A DNA stretch of 63,535 bases, counting the filler, from Folioceros fuciformis (taxonomy: Eukaryota), in NCBI GenBank assembly GCA_049999805.1. It is 4 parts of 4 records of this genome, joined end to end, with 100 filler letters (N's around TTAATTAATTAA, not from the genome) between each part and the next. Parts side by side here need not be neighbours in the genome. Positions count along the whole stretch, not along the records: positions 30,796 to 57,488 come from JBNGIO010004569.1; 3 more parts are not named here. One strand, written 5' to 3'. The position numbers were made by a program, and so were the translations under genes. A model generated the notes under the pieces. The model saw only the letters and a program-made list of their open reading frames with translations, was not told the origin of the DNA and did not search any database. The stretch's first letter is position 1; every line of letters starts with the position of its first letter. Positions 35,540-48,360 of the stretch are shown one piece after another.

Positions 35540-38245
35540 GACTTGGTGCCCTAGTCGAAGGCTTCAACAAGGATTCTGTCCTGGAGTATTAGGACTTGGT
35601 GCCCTAGTCGAAGGCTTCAACAAGGATTCTGTCCTGGAGTATTAGGACTTGTTGCCCTAGTCGAAGGCTTCAACAAGGATTCTGTCCTGGAGTATTAGGA
35701 CTTGATGCCCAACAAGGATTCTGTCCTGGAGTATTAGGACTTGGTGCCCAACAAGGATTCTGTCCTGGAGTATTAGGATTTGGTGCCCAACAAGGATTCT
35801 GTCCTGGAGTATGAGGACTTGGTGCCCTAGTCGAAGGCTTCAACAAGGATTCTGTCCTGGAGTATTAGGACTTGGTGCCCAACAAGGATTCTGTCCTGGA
35901 GTATGAGGACTTGGTGCCCAATAAGGATTCTGTCCTGGAGTATGAGGACTTGGTGCCCAACAAGGATTCNNNNNNNNNNTGGAGTATGAGGACTTGGTGC
36001 CCAACAAGGATTCTGTCCTGGAGTATTAAGACTTGGTGCCCAACAAGGATTCTGTTCTGGAGTATTAAGACTTGGTGCCCAACAAGGATTTTGTCTTGGA
36101 GTATTAGGACTTGCTATCCTGGAATATTAAGACTTGATGCCGAACAAGGATTCTGTCCTGGAGTATTAGGACTTGGAGCTCAACAAGGATTCTGTCGTGG
36201 AATAGTAGGACTTGGTGCCCAACAAGGATTCTGTCGTGGAGTATTAGGACTTGGTGCCCATCAAGGATTCTATCCCGGAGTATTAAAACTTGGTGCCCAT
36301 CAAGGATTCTGTCCTGGAATATGAAGACTTGATGCCCAACAAAGATTCTGTCCTGGAGTATAAGAACTTGGTGCCCAACAAGGATTCTATCCCGGAGTAT
36401 TTGGACTTGGCACCCTACAAGGATTTGGTCTTAGAGTATTTGGAATTGTTGCCCTAAACGAAGGATGCAATCTTTGTGCCCAAAGTCGAAGGCTTCAACA
36501 AGGATGCGCAACCTTGGTGCCTACGTTGAAGACTTCAATAAGGATGCCACCCTAATGCCCAAGCTGAATGCTTCAACAAAGAGGCTTCAATAAGGATGCC
36601 ACCCTAATGCCCAAGCTGAATGCTTCAACAAAGATGGCACGATGGTACCCACGTCGAAGGCTTCAACCACGATACCTACCCTAGTGCCCGTATCGAAGGC
36701 TTCAACCACGATGCCTACCCTAGTGCCCGCGTCGAAGGCTTCAACCATGATGCCTACCCTGGTGCCCGCATCGAAGGCTTCAACCACGATGCCCACCCTG
36801 GTGCCCGTGTCGAAGGCTTCAACCACGATGCCCACCCTGGTGCCTGTGTTGAAGGCTTCAACCACAATGCCCACCCTGGTGCCCGTGTCCAAGGCTTCAA
36901 CCACGATGTCCACTCTGGTGCCCATGTCGAAGGCTTCAACAAGGATGCTCCCTTGGTGCCCAAGTCGAAGGCTTCAACAAGGAGGCCACCTTGGTGCCCA
37001 AGTTGAAGGCTTCAACAAGGAGGCCACCTTGGTGCCCAAGTCGAAGGCTTCAACAAGGATTCTACCCTGGTGCCCAAGTCGAAGCCTTCAACAAGGATTT
37101 TACCCTGGTGCCCAGTCGAAGGCTTCAACAAGGATTCTACCCTGGTGCCCAAGTCGAAGGCTTCAACAAGGAGTCTACCCTAGTGCCCAAGTCGAAGGCT
37201 TCAACAAGGAGTCTATCATGTGCCCTAGTCTATGTCTATCATGTGCCCTAGTCTGCGNNNNNNNNNNTGTACGTCTATCATGTGCCCTAGTCTATGTCTA
37301 TCATGTGCCCTAGTTTACCCTCTTGCCCAAGTTGAAGGTTTCAACAAGGAGTCTACCCTCCTGCCCAAGTTGAAGGTTTCAACAAGGAGTCTACCATGTG
37401 CCCTAGTCTACCCTCGTGCCCAAGTCGAAGGCTTCAACAAGGAATCTACCATGCGCCCTAGTCTACAATGTGGCTTCAACAAGGAATCTATCATGCGCCC
37501 TAGTCTACAATGTGCCCTAGTTGAAGACTTCAACAAGGAGTGTACTTTGGTACCCTAATCCAAGGCTTCAACAAGGATTCAACCTTGGTATTCTAGTCCA
37601 AGGCTTCAACAAGGATTCAACCTTGGTATTCTAGTCCAAGGCTTCAACAAGGATTCACTCTTGTTACCCTAGTCCAAGGCTTCAACAAGGATTTAGTCTC
37701 GGTAGCCTAGTCCAAGGCTTCAACAAAGATTCAGTCTCGGTAGCCTACACCAAGGATTCAAGATTCAGCCTCGGTAGCCTAGTCCAAGGATTCAACAAGG
37801 ATTCAATCTCGGTAGCCTAGTCCAAGACTTCAACAAGGATTTAGTCTTGGTAGTCTAGTCTAAGCCTTTAACAAGGATTTAGTCTCAAGAGCCTAATCCA
37901 AGGCTTTAACAAAGATTCAGTCTCGGTACCCTAGTCCAAGGCTTCAACAAGGATTTAGTCTCGATACCCTAGTCCAAGGTTTTAATAAGGATTCAGTCTT
38001 GGTACCCTAGTCCAAGGCTTCAACAAGGATTCGGCTTTAACAAGTATTTAGTCCAAGTGCCCTAGTCGAAGACCTCAACAAAGATTCGGTCTAGGTGCCT
38101 TGGTCGAAGACCTCAACAAGGGTTCAACCTAGGAGCTCTCCTTTAACAAGGATTTTACCCTAGTGCCCAAATTGAAGGCTGAGTTCAACAAGGATTTTGT
38201 CCTAGTGCCCTAGTCGAAGACTTCAACAAGGATTGTGCCTTAGTG
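35540..38245. repeat. 2.7-kb compound minisatellite (53, 39, 38 and 23 bp unit blocks) sharing core GAAGGCTTCAACAAGGA
   Basis: Successive blocks: cttggtgccc(tagtcgaaggcttc)aacaaggattctgtcctggagtattagga; gtcgaaggcttcaaccacgatgcccaccctggtgccc; caagtcgaaggcttcaacaagga...ggtgcc; tatgtctatcatgtgccctagtc; tagtccaaggcttcaacaaggatt. Two 10-N gaps lie inside. Confidence 0.95.
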
Positions 38246-40391
38246 TAGGCTGCTACCTTTTCCTTCTCCTAGTGCACCCTAAACCCTAAACCCTTGGATG
38301 CACCTTGTCCGGTTGCTCGAATTATGCAAATCACTGCGTGTCCTTCGCTTGCCACTTCTCGGATGGCAATGTCTCTTTCAAGAAATGGTTGTTGTAGAGG
38401 GCAACGCATCTCTGAATAAGCTTGACGTTAGCCAATGGAAGGCTCTGGACAATGACCTCTTCAGAGACTTGATGCAGTGCAAGTTTGAGACCGTTGCATG
38501 CAAGTTTCAAATTGGAATCTTGCCGAACAAGCTCACAATGGACTTCTGCAATATAACCTCTTTCTGAAGCACAACCAAACATGTGTCTTCGTCTTTGCCT
38601 TCAGCGCATCTGATGTCCGGAAATCCCATCAACTCCCTCCACCTGAGATGTTGCAGGACAGGTTCAAAACCAGCTTGCTGTTCTTGCTTCGTTTCATCAA
38701 GTCAGATCCTGGGCTCTACGTTGCCTCAAATATTTGTGGTGGCAACTCATGTGGATCAGATGAAAGCTTCTGATGCGCTAGTAGTACGGGATCTCCTACA
38801 ACCCCTTCTGGCATAGTTGGCCACCGAGTTTGAGAATGCTGTGAAATTTCAGACAACACCACTCTTCTGCAGGCATTGGACGCTCGATCTGCCAAGAGTG
38901 TTAAGCCCTAGCTGAATGCATTCATGGAATCGTTCCCAGCTCTTTTGGCATCTATACTGTATTGGGAGCCCGAGCTCTGCAACCAATTTGATTGTTGTCC
39001 TGACTCCCTAGGGATCTCAACATCCAGCCCAACCTCTAGTGAGGACGTAACAACGTCAAACTTTGTTTGAGGAACTGCTGAGGTTCCAGATAGGTGGTGG
39101 GGTTCCAAGATGAGCGAGATAAATTAGGATGCATTCTCGCCCATTTGCATGATGTGGGCAGCATCTTCTGTTTTCAAGATATACTGTAGACGTGGTGGTG
39201 ATAAACCCACACTAGGTCAGTCATAGTTTTCTAGGGTGACTTAGTCAGCGTCTAAGCAGAGCATGTCGCCGTCTACAAGTTGTTTGTGACATGCTCATTT
39301 CAGATGGATTTTTTGCCCAAAGTCTCTCCATTCCACCTTTTATGAGATTTTTCGAAGGCACGTAAGGGGAGGTCTTTGTTTTGATGGTGTGTGTCTTCAA
39401 CCTGTTAACTCATATTGTAGAGGCTTGCGTAATGCAGGGTTGCCTGCGAAAGGACTTGTTTGCCGGACGCCATGGCATGCAACCTCATCAATATCGTACC
39501 GAACGTAACCTCATCAACTTCTTGTGCGATGATGCTATGCTTGTGTTTTTGGAAAGCAGTGGGGATATCGGAGAGGACAACGGAGACATTGGAGACCATA
39601 TTGATATTCTTGTGAGGTCATCCAAGAGTGAAGATGAAACTGTCGAGTTTCTCAAGGATCATGTGATTGCAAAGTTGAAATCTTTTTGTGCTTCCCCCGA
39701 AGGCAGTCGAGAATGGAAGTTTTGCTGTATGGAATTTCAGAATTACCGATATATTGAAGAAACATAAATTATGGGCCTACGTCGGGGGCATTGGCAGCCC
39801 ACCCATCATTACTGCACACCCTGGCGCAGCAGCCACTGCAGCAGAACAAGAGGCATGGGAAGACAAGAATCAGCAAGCAAAAAACGTGATTATGCAATCC
39901 ATAAGACACGGCAACGTGCAACAAATCTCTGGAGCAGAAACAACAGCCCAAGCATGGGCACAACTACATGAAATCTATGCCTCTAACAACATCACGCACA
40001 TTGTGCATACCCTCAAGAATTTCTTCAGCTTGAGGATGGGAGAAGGTGATCCCGTCAACAATCACGTCATGCTTTTTCGCAGCTGGACCACCAAGTTTCT
40101 CTCTGCCGGCTTCATCTTGACAGAGGATTTACAAGCTGCAATCCTCCTGACCACCTTACCAAAATCGTGGGTAACAGTGGTATAATCTCTACAAGGTGTC
40201 AAACCACTCACAGTCAATAAAGTTATCAGCTCCATGTTAACTGAGGAAGCACGCAAAAAAAATGCAGCTACCTCAAGTTCAGGGGAGACTTCACATGCCT
40301 TCTTCTCAGGCCGTGGTAGATCCAGAGGCAGAGGCAGACCACCATTCAAAGGGCAAAGCTTCCGAGGGAGAGGCGCCTCCACCTACCGAGG

Positions 40392-41986
40392 TGTAAGGGG
40401 TATTAAAGCCCAATGTACTTAGACTAATGTGTTTAGTCTAATATCAATGTCTAGTTTAGTATCATTTGTTTATATTAGCTTAAGCTAATATGTAGGAAGC
40501 TTCTTGCGTAGCTTCATGTGTGCTTCTTGTGAAGCTTCCTTGGGAGCTCTTCTAGAGGGTATAAATACCCCATAGAGCTTCCTTGCAATAGAGACACTGT
40601 GAGAGTGTGAGACCTCTCTTTCTCCTCTCCTCCTTGCTTCCTCCTCTTCTCCTTCACTATGTGGCTCCTCTAGCGATCCTTCACGAGGCAGAGGCACCTA
40701 CAACCCAACATGGAATTTTGAAGTCAAAGTTGAATGCTCGCTTTGACATGATAGACTTGGGAGAGGCGATTCATATTCTTGGCATGCATATTCGTCAAGA
40801 CAAACAGAAGCATTTGCTTTACTTGTCTCAGACTGAATACATTAACAGGGTGCTTCAATGTTTCAACATGGAGAAGGGGAAGATATTGAGTACTCCGTTG
40901 CCTCCATATGTAAAAATTTTGAGCAAGGATTGCCCAAGCTCTACGAAGGACAAAGCTGAAATGGAGAAGGTTCCATACTCATCAGCTGTAGAGAGTTTGA
41001 TGTATGCAATGATTGCTACACGTCCTGACTTTGCTTTTGCAGTGGGAGTGGTTAGCAGGTTTATGTCAAACCCTAGCAAGAAGCATTGGAAGGCAGTGAA
41101 AGGAGTTATGAGGTACTTAAATGGTACAAAAGCTTTGTGCTTATGTTTTGGTAGTGAAGATGTATCTATCGTGGGATATACGGACGCTGATTATGCAGGG
41201 GATATGGACAAAAGAAGGTGCACATTAAGTTATGTCTTCATGTGCACTGGAGGGGCAATCTCATGGCGATCTCATTTGCAATCGTGCATAACGCTATCTA
41301 CCACAGAGGCCGAGTATGTTGCAGCGATTGAGGCTTGCAAGGAAGCCATGTGGCTTGCTCTTTTAGTGGGAGACTTAGGGATCAAGGTTGAGCTGCAAGT
41401 GTTGCATTGTGATAGCGAGAGTGCTATTCAATTGGCAAAGAATCCGATGTTTCATGCGAAGACCAAACATGTGGAAGTGAAGTATCACTTCATTCGAGAG
41501 GTGTTGGAAGACAAGAGGGTACAACTTGTCAAAGTTCACACCAGTCAGAACCCTACAGATATTCTTACCAAGCGGCTCTCTATGGAGCAATTTGCACAAG
41601 CTCGGACACTCATGGGCATGAGGTAGACCACTCTCCTATAAAGGTAAATTGGCCTTTAAGTGGGAGGTTGTAGGGGTATTAAAGCCCAATGTGCTTAGAC
41701 TAATGTGTTTAGTCTAAGATTAGTGTCTAGTTAAGTATCATTTGTTTAGATTAGCTTAAGCTAATCTGTAGGAATCTTCTTGCACAACTTCTTGTGCGCT
41801 TCTTGTGAAGCTTCCTTGGGAGCTTTTCTAGAGGGTATAAATACCCCATAGAGCTCCCTTACAATAGAGACATTGTGAGAGTGTGAGACCTCTCTTTCTC
41901 CTCTCCTCTTTGCTTCCTCCTCTTCTCCTTCACCATGTGGCTCCTCTAGCGATCCTTCACGAGGCAGAGGCACTTACAACCCAACA
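40392..41986 (+). mobile_element. Non-autonomous two-LTR copia derivative nested in gag
   Basis: LTRs ~40392-40710 and 41669-41986 (TG...CA, about 20 mismatches by eye). The internal part holds only the RT 3' end and RNase H (YTDADYAGD, CDSESAI). PPT aagtgggagg precedes the 3' LTR. Confidence 0.9.
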
Positions 41987-44152
41987 TGTAAGAAGATATG
42001 TGGTTATTGCAAAATACCAGGCCACACATACGAGGAGTGCAGGACAAAAATGGCCAATCAGAACCAAAGGTACTTACCTCACATAGGGCAATTAGCCCTC
42101 AATATGAAGCATCATTCTAAGGCTTTTCTTACCAGTTGCAACCCTCCTCTTTCAACTCCCAACACATCAGCCCTAGTAGCCTCCCGCTTCTCAGCCCAAG
42201 GATCCCATGCTTGGTACATTGACTCTGGAGCCTCACAGCATATGACTCCACACATCGAATACTTTACAGATCTGAACCCCATAACCTCAAAAATTTTTGT
42301 CAGTATGGGAGATGACACCCGACACCCTATTCAGGGATATGGTTCAGTACAATTGGCCCTAAAGCCATCTATTTCCTTACAAATATCAGACGTCCTTCAC
42401 GCACCTGGTTTAACCAAAAACCTCTTCTTTGTCTAGAAGGTAGATGAATCCGGATGTTATATCTGCTTTGGCCAAGGCTGCTGCGTAATCGAGTCCCCAC
42501 AAGGGGAATTAATGGCCACAGGAGATTTAAGCAGTGACGATTTGTATCATTTGAACACATCAACTCCACACGTTCCTTCCCTTACAGCCAGTTAATAGAA
42601 AAACCAATCCTACCAATGGCATGCCCGCCTTGGGCACATGCACCTTCAATGAATGAAAGATACCATTTCAACAGCAGCAGCTACTGGCATTCCTCTTACC
42701 AAGGTGGAGGATTTTGGCACATGCAAAGCATGCACTTTAGGGAAGAGCCATTGTACTCCTTTCCCCAAGGGCCCTGCCACAAGAGCCACCAACAAATTAC
42801 AACTGGTGCATTTGGACCTCTGCGGTCCCTTTAAAAGATCTATCCACAGCCATTTATACTTTATGCTCGTCATCGATGACTTCACCAAATTCACCGTACT
42901 CTATCTACTCAAACATAAGCAGCAAGCTCTTCAATGCTTTTAGGAGTACAAATCATGGGCCGAGAAACAGACTGGATTCCACCTCTTATGCATTCGTACA
43001 GACGGTGGAGGAGAATACGGCTCCCATGCCTTTCACCAGTTCTGCACCACACACGGCATTACGAGACAGATCACAACTCCACACAACTTTCAGCAGAACG
43101 AAGTTGCTAAGAGGATGAACAGGACAGTGCAAGATCACGGACTCACTATGCTGATTCATGCCAACCTACCTCGAACTTATTGGCCAGCAGCTATGTCACA
43201 TGCCGTATACTTGATCAATAGATCCCTTACTCCCGCACTGCCACAACAAACACCTTATGAAGCATGGACAGGCCACAAACCAGACCTGTCCAACCTTCGA
43301 GTATTCGGAGCCACTGTCTGCGCACATGTTCCCAAAGCTACCCGCACAAAATTAGACGATAGAGCACGTCAACACATTTTCGTTGGCTTCACTGATGGGA
43401 TCAAAGGGTACAAGATCATGCACCCTCAAACTCACCGTGTGACATTCACGGGATGTCACCTTTCTCGAAGACATGTCTGGACACCCTGCAGTGGGAGCAC
43501 GCACGAAGTTCTTACCTTCTCCACATGCAGACAGCAGCGACGAAGACGAAGCCGCAGTCATCCTTCCTACTCCCATCCAAGCCCAACCTCCACCCATGCA
43601 GCATAATGCCCCATAGTAGAATCTCCGATCTCCCCCCACACCCCCACACCTAGCCCCAGGCGCTTCACACAGACTAGCGCCCACCAACATCCAGTTTGGC
43701 GACCTTGACATTGATGCGCTCGCCACCCCTCACCTGCATCCGCGTCCTCCAGCTCCACCAAGCACAATGGCTCTCGGAGCGAAGGGGGGGACATGCAGTA
43801 AGCTCGACGAGGAAGACGGCCTTCATCACATTAGTCCTACAGGCACGCATCGAGGAGGATTCACACCTGGCCAGCAGTATGTATATGAGGAGAGCTCAGG
43901 CGAACAACACATTAGCACCAGCACGGGCAGGCGTGCTCCACGATCAGGCGCGCCCAAGGAAGCTCAGCACACAGCGCCTCCATCGGCGCACTTCGACGGC
44001 ATCCTTAACGCAACCCGCTCCCACGGCTCTCCCTCTCGAATCGGCGCAGGTCTACGATCACACAACAGGGCCAACACTTCTGATCCTTATATCGGCACTC
44101 CAAAGTCAAGCAGAAATATATACTCTAATTTCCCTTTTCCAATACTCCAAAT

Positions 44153-44445
44153 TGTCAATAGGATCGACTCCAGTCTACGTGTAAGTGTAGGAGAGGAGAG
44201 GAGAGAAGAGAGGGTGGTATTGGTGGTCACAACCATGAAAAAAATACACATCACCACTGTCTTACTATGGAGGTCCGAGGTCTCCATTTAAGTAGTACAT
44301 TTAGGGCTACACAACTTCCAGGTTCAATATGGGATAATCTACACTATCCTAAGTTCACTAATAACTAGAACTAGTCTAGTATGAACCCAACTGGGATAAC
44401 TAACACCACATGAGTTTAGCTCATATAGAGCTCGATAACTCAACA
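44153..44445 (-). mobile_element. Solo LTR with 5-bp TSD CAAAT
   Basis: TGTCAA...TCAACA flanked by caaat at 44148-44152 and 44446-44450. Same family as the LTRs at 50675 and 61214. Confidence 0.93.
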
Positions 44446-47400
44446 CAAATATGCTAGATAATGCCATATATGAAGACCCTAACTATGAGGACACCCACGA
44501 GGACTCTCAACAACCCGGCAATACTGACAACACTAGAGGAAGACGTCCTCAGCGTTCTAACGCAGGCAAGATAAATAGGTACTCTCCTACTAACTGGAAA
44601 GACCCTAAGAATACACTAGCTTATTGCTTTAATGCAGCAATAGATCAATCTGTTCCTGCTAGCTATCAAGAGGCGATCACCTGCCCACCAAAGAAACACT
44701 GGAAACAGGCAATCAAGTCAGAACTAGAATCCCTACAAGCTAATAATACTTGGACCTTAACTTCTTTACCTAAGGATAGAAAACTATTAGGTTATAAGTA
44801 GACTTTTAAGATTAAGTTAAATGCTGATGGGAGCATAGAAAGATACAAAGCTAGATTAGTAGTAAAGGGATACTCTCAAAAATATGGTTTTGACTACGAC
44901 GAAACCTTTAGCCCCGTACTTAAAATAACCTCACTCGGGATCCTCTTAGCCTTAGCATCTCACCATGACTATGAGCTAATGCAACTTGATATCAAGACAG
45001 CTTTTCTATATGGAGACCTTGACCACACCATCTACATGGAGATCCTTGAAGGAATACATGTCAAGGATAGGGCAAAATACAATGCCTGCCTACTACTAAA
45101 GTCCTTATATGGACTTAAGCAAAGTGCTATGAAATGGTATTTTAAGCTAGATGTTAGCCTTACGGAATTAGGGTTTACTAAGCTAAATTCCAATAGTAAT
45201 ATTTACATTAAAAGATCAGGTGGCCACTTTATTGTCTTAGGAGTATATGTGGATGACATAATCCTTATGTCCAACTCTAAGGCCATATTAGAAGACACCA
45301 GGTCTATTCTAGCTAAGCATTTCTCGGTGACCACTTGTAGAGAACTTTCTTTTTGTCTAGGTATTCAGGTTCTAAGGAATAGAAACGCGATAAGCATTCT
45401 CATTCACCAATCCAAGTATATTCAAGATATTTTAACCAAGTTTAAGATGTTAGATGCTAGACCTATTTCTACACCCATGGAAATGAACCTTAAGCCTAGC
45501 AAGGAACCGAATCAACTAGATGACACCTTAGATACTACTCCTCCTCCTTACTCTTTAGCCGTAGGTAGTCTTATGTACCTCATGGTTTGCACTAAACCAG
45601 ACCTATTCTATTCAGTGGGAGCCCTATCACAGTTTCTATCTGCTCCTACTCAAGCTCATTGGAAGGTAGTCAAGAGAATATTCCGATACCTAAGAGCAAC
45701 CACGGACTTAGGGCTGCTTTATCAGTCACATATTAAGCAAGGGGAGCCTGTACAACTTGAAGGCTTTAGCGATGCTAACTGGGCAAACAACATTGACAAT
45801 AGAAAGAGCAAAAGTAGTCATGTATACGCACCTAGAGGCACAACAACAAGCTGGAGTAGTAAGCAGCAACAAGTAGTTGCACTTAGCTCAACTGAGGCCG
45901 AGTATTGCTCCTTAACTCATGCCTGCAAAGATGGACTTTGGCAACACCTCCAACTTTCGAAGTTAGGCGAGACCCAGAGGATTCCTAGGCCGCTTTATTG
46001 CGACAATCAAAGTGCTATTGCACTCACATACAACCTAAAGTTCCATGCACGAACGAAGCATGTGGAAGTACAATTCCACTTCATAAGGCAAGTAGTTGAT
46101 GAAGGCAAATTTATAGTTCTTTATTGCCCAACAGAACAAATGACAGCGGACGTGCTTACGAAAGTACTCAGCTCTATCAAACACCAAGAACACACAACAA
46201 GTATGGGACTAAGAAGAGTCTCAAAAATCACTTTTAATACTTAGTAAAGTTAAAGTATATAGCCTAAGGACTAGATGCTAAGTGGGAGTGTTAAAACGAA
46301 TAGCATGCTAGCCCTTAGGGCTCGTTTGGATTTTAAGTTTTAGGATCCAAAAGGGTATTTAGCAAAACGTCATGAACATGCGGTTACATTTTAGCATAAT
46401 GTTTGGGCAGAGCCCTATACTCACAACATTCTGTAGCACATGAACTTCTAATTAATCTACCTCTACGAATTCATATTTTGGTCCATCTGACCGCAAGACT
46501 TCAAACCATCTCCAACATACATGTAGCTGCAGAGAAAATTGTTCTGTCTACAAAGACTATGGTACACGCCCAACACGACGTCGACATACGAGCTGAAACG
46601 TCTTGTTTTGCATACATGCGACGTAGTATACCCCTCCCTGGAACAACTCACTCGAAGATGGGATAGCAAGTGTTGGAAACCATCAATCAAGGGATACAAG
46701 ATTTGAAGCACAACATCAAAATGGTGGAAGCAGAGGTGAAAGCAGTGGGAGCCAAAGTGGATAGAATTGGTGAGAATTTGCAACATGTCCAGTGTGAGAT
46801 CAGCGATATTAAGACCTAGTAGGAAGATACTCTACAATTCTTGCTTTCTAAAATGGATGAGATTATGAATTTTTCTGCAGAGCTAGAGAGTAGTCAGATA
46901 CTCAAACGTCCTTACATCACAACCGCAGATGTGAGTGTAGTACAGAAATTGATTGTAGGGGTGCGTGTGGGCAAAGTGGCTAAGCTCCATTTCATGAGCG
47001 AAAACATCTTTGGGAATCACATCGTGCAGGGCCAAACTGGATTCGACTTGACATTGGAGGATACGAAGTGGAGGAGGATCAGGCCCTTAGCAATCAACGA
47101 TGCGAAGGTATTGCTCTTCCTAGCCAAGGCCGGTCTACATGCGGCGACAGGCATTGGGGGTGCGGTTCCAGACCCTGCTATCAGCTTGGATTGAGCGGTT
47201 TCTCTCGCTGCAGCCTTTGGGAAGTCAGCCTTGTCCAATTTAAATCTGGACCTGTCAGGACCAGTTGCAAGCCATAACACTCCCGTGCAAGAGGCATGGA
47301 GTGCTTTGAAGAATCTCCTGCAGTCGTTGCTGAGGGATCAAATGGCTGACAAATTCCAATTGCACAAGGTGGAATATCAGAAAAGGCCTCAGGGCGGACG

Positions 47401-48089
47401 AGGGGTAGCGTGGGTTTGCGAACGGTGCATGCAGAGGGCAATGGAGAGACGAGTCTACCGGCCACTTTGACCTCGACGGGAGCAGCTATACGCCGTGTCT
47501 TGCAGCCTAACTTCGGCATCTGCAGGATGACCAGAAGAGCCATATGCACCCTGTGATGGGATTTGGGTAGGTGGATAGGCACTAAAATGTAGAGCCCATT
47601 GCTGCTGTATGTTACATCCTTTTATGCGGAAGCCCACCTTCGTCGATTTCGTTCTTTGCACCCTTTTGGTTGTTGAAGCCTCTCACTAGTCTTGCAAAAG
47701 TGTGTAGGCCGATTGTAGGCCCCAGGTTGGTAAAGGGAGGAGATTCTCCGGTCGGAGAAGGAATGAGTGGCCAGGAATAGTAACGTGCCCTGCACCTTGA
47801 GTAATGATCGACACAAACTTCAACTTTGATCTACATATGGTTTCAGAAACATCAAGGTCTTTGAAGATGAACAGCCAACAACTGGGAAAAGGTACAAAGA
47901 CCTTAAGTGGCAGAATGTTCTGATGCAAGCCCTCTCTCGTTCAGGTAGCCGATCTCACAGTCAACAATTGTTCACCACTCATGTTAAGACTTAAGTGCCT
48001 TGCAATGGCTGGTTTGCACGTTGCTGGTGCCATCGTGTGTCCTACAATGCAATGGGGGAAAATACTGTTGCGACATCTACTATCAAGGA

Positions 48090-48360
48090 TATTAGGACGG
48101 CCTTTGCTGTAGCCAGGGCCAGCATCATGCAGATCGATTGCGTTTTCACCATAGGGCTGAAAGTTTCATGGAAGTCCACTCCAGCCACTTGAGAAAAACC
48201 TCGGGCTACAAGATGACTCTTGTACCTAGCAATCTCTCCTTGTGTGTTCAGCTTATGTTTGAAGACCCATTTACAGCTCACAGCTTTGCATCCAGCAGGT
48301 AAAGGACACAGTTCCCATGTTTCATTCTTCATGAGGGAATTGTATTCATCTTGAATGGAA
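48090..48360 (-). mobile_element. Copia RT fragment
   Basis: KNETWELCPLPAGCKAVSCKWVFKHK...RYKSHLVARGFSQVAGVDFHETFSP. Confidence 0.9.

Larger units (their letters stand above)
39709..46300 (+). mobile_element. Degenerate Ty1/copia element (gag, Zn knuckle, PR, IN, RT, RNase H); 5' LTR missing
   Basis: gag FAVWNFRITDIL; CGYCKIPGHTYEEC; PR WYIDSGASQHMT; IN LVHLDLCGP and RTDGGGEY; RT QLDIKTAFLYG and VYVDDII; RH CDNQSAI; PPT aagtgggag at ~46280 followed by tgttaa. The IN and RT halves may belong to two related elements. Confidence 0.85.
35022..47470 (+). pseudogene. TORNADO1-like LRR-ROC-COR (ROCO) pseudogene split by a minisatellite and copia elements
   Basis: LRR-like pieces at 35022-35540 and 38298-38480. 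ROC-like WNLAEQ, LLRFIKS, VVATHVDQ and LDARSAKSVKP at 38500-38910. COR-like HLHDVGSIFCF and FCASPEG up to ~39708. Coiled coil and C-terminal KLHFMSE...HIVQGQTG...AKAGLHAATGIGGAVPD and DKFQLHKVEY...VAWVCERC at 46670-47470. Many stops and frameshifts. Confidence 0.75.

Noticed and set aside
36587-37558. Repetitive ORFs such as (SKASTTMPTLVPV)n
   Set aside because: By-products of 39-bp units that are open in several frames on both strands; frames break where the unit becomes 38 bp.
35540-38245. CRISPR-like array (recurring palindromic core with regular spacing)
   Set aside because: Sequences between the cores are themselves repeated rather than unique spacers, there are no cas genes, and the context is plant nuclear DNA.
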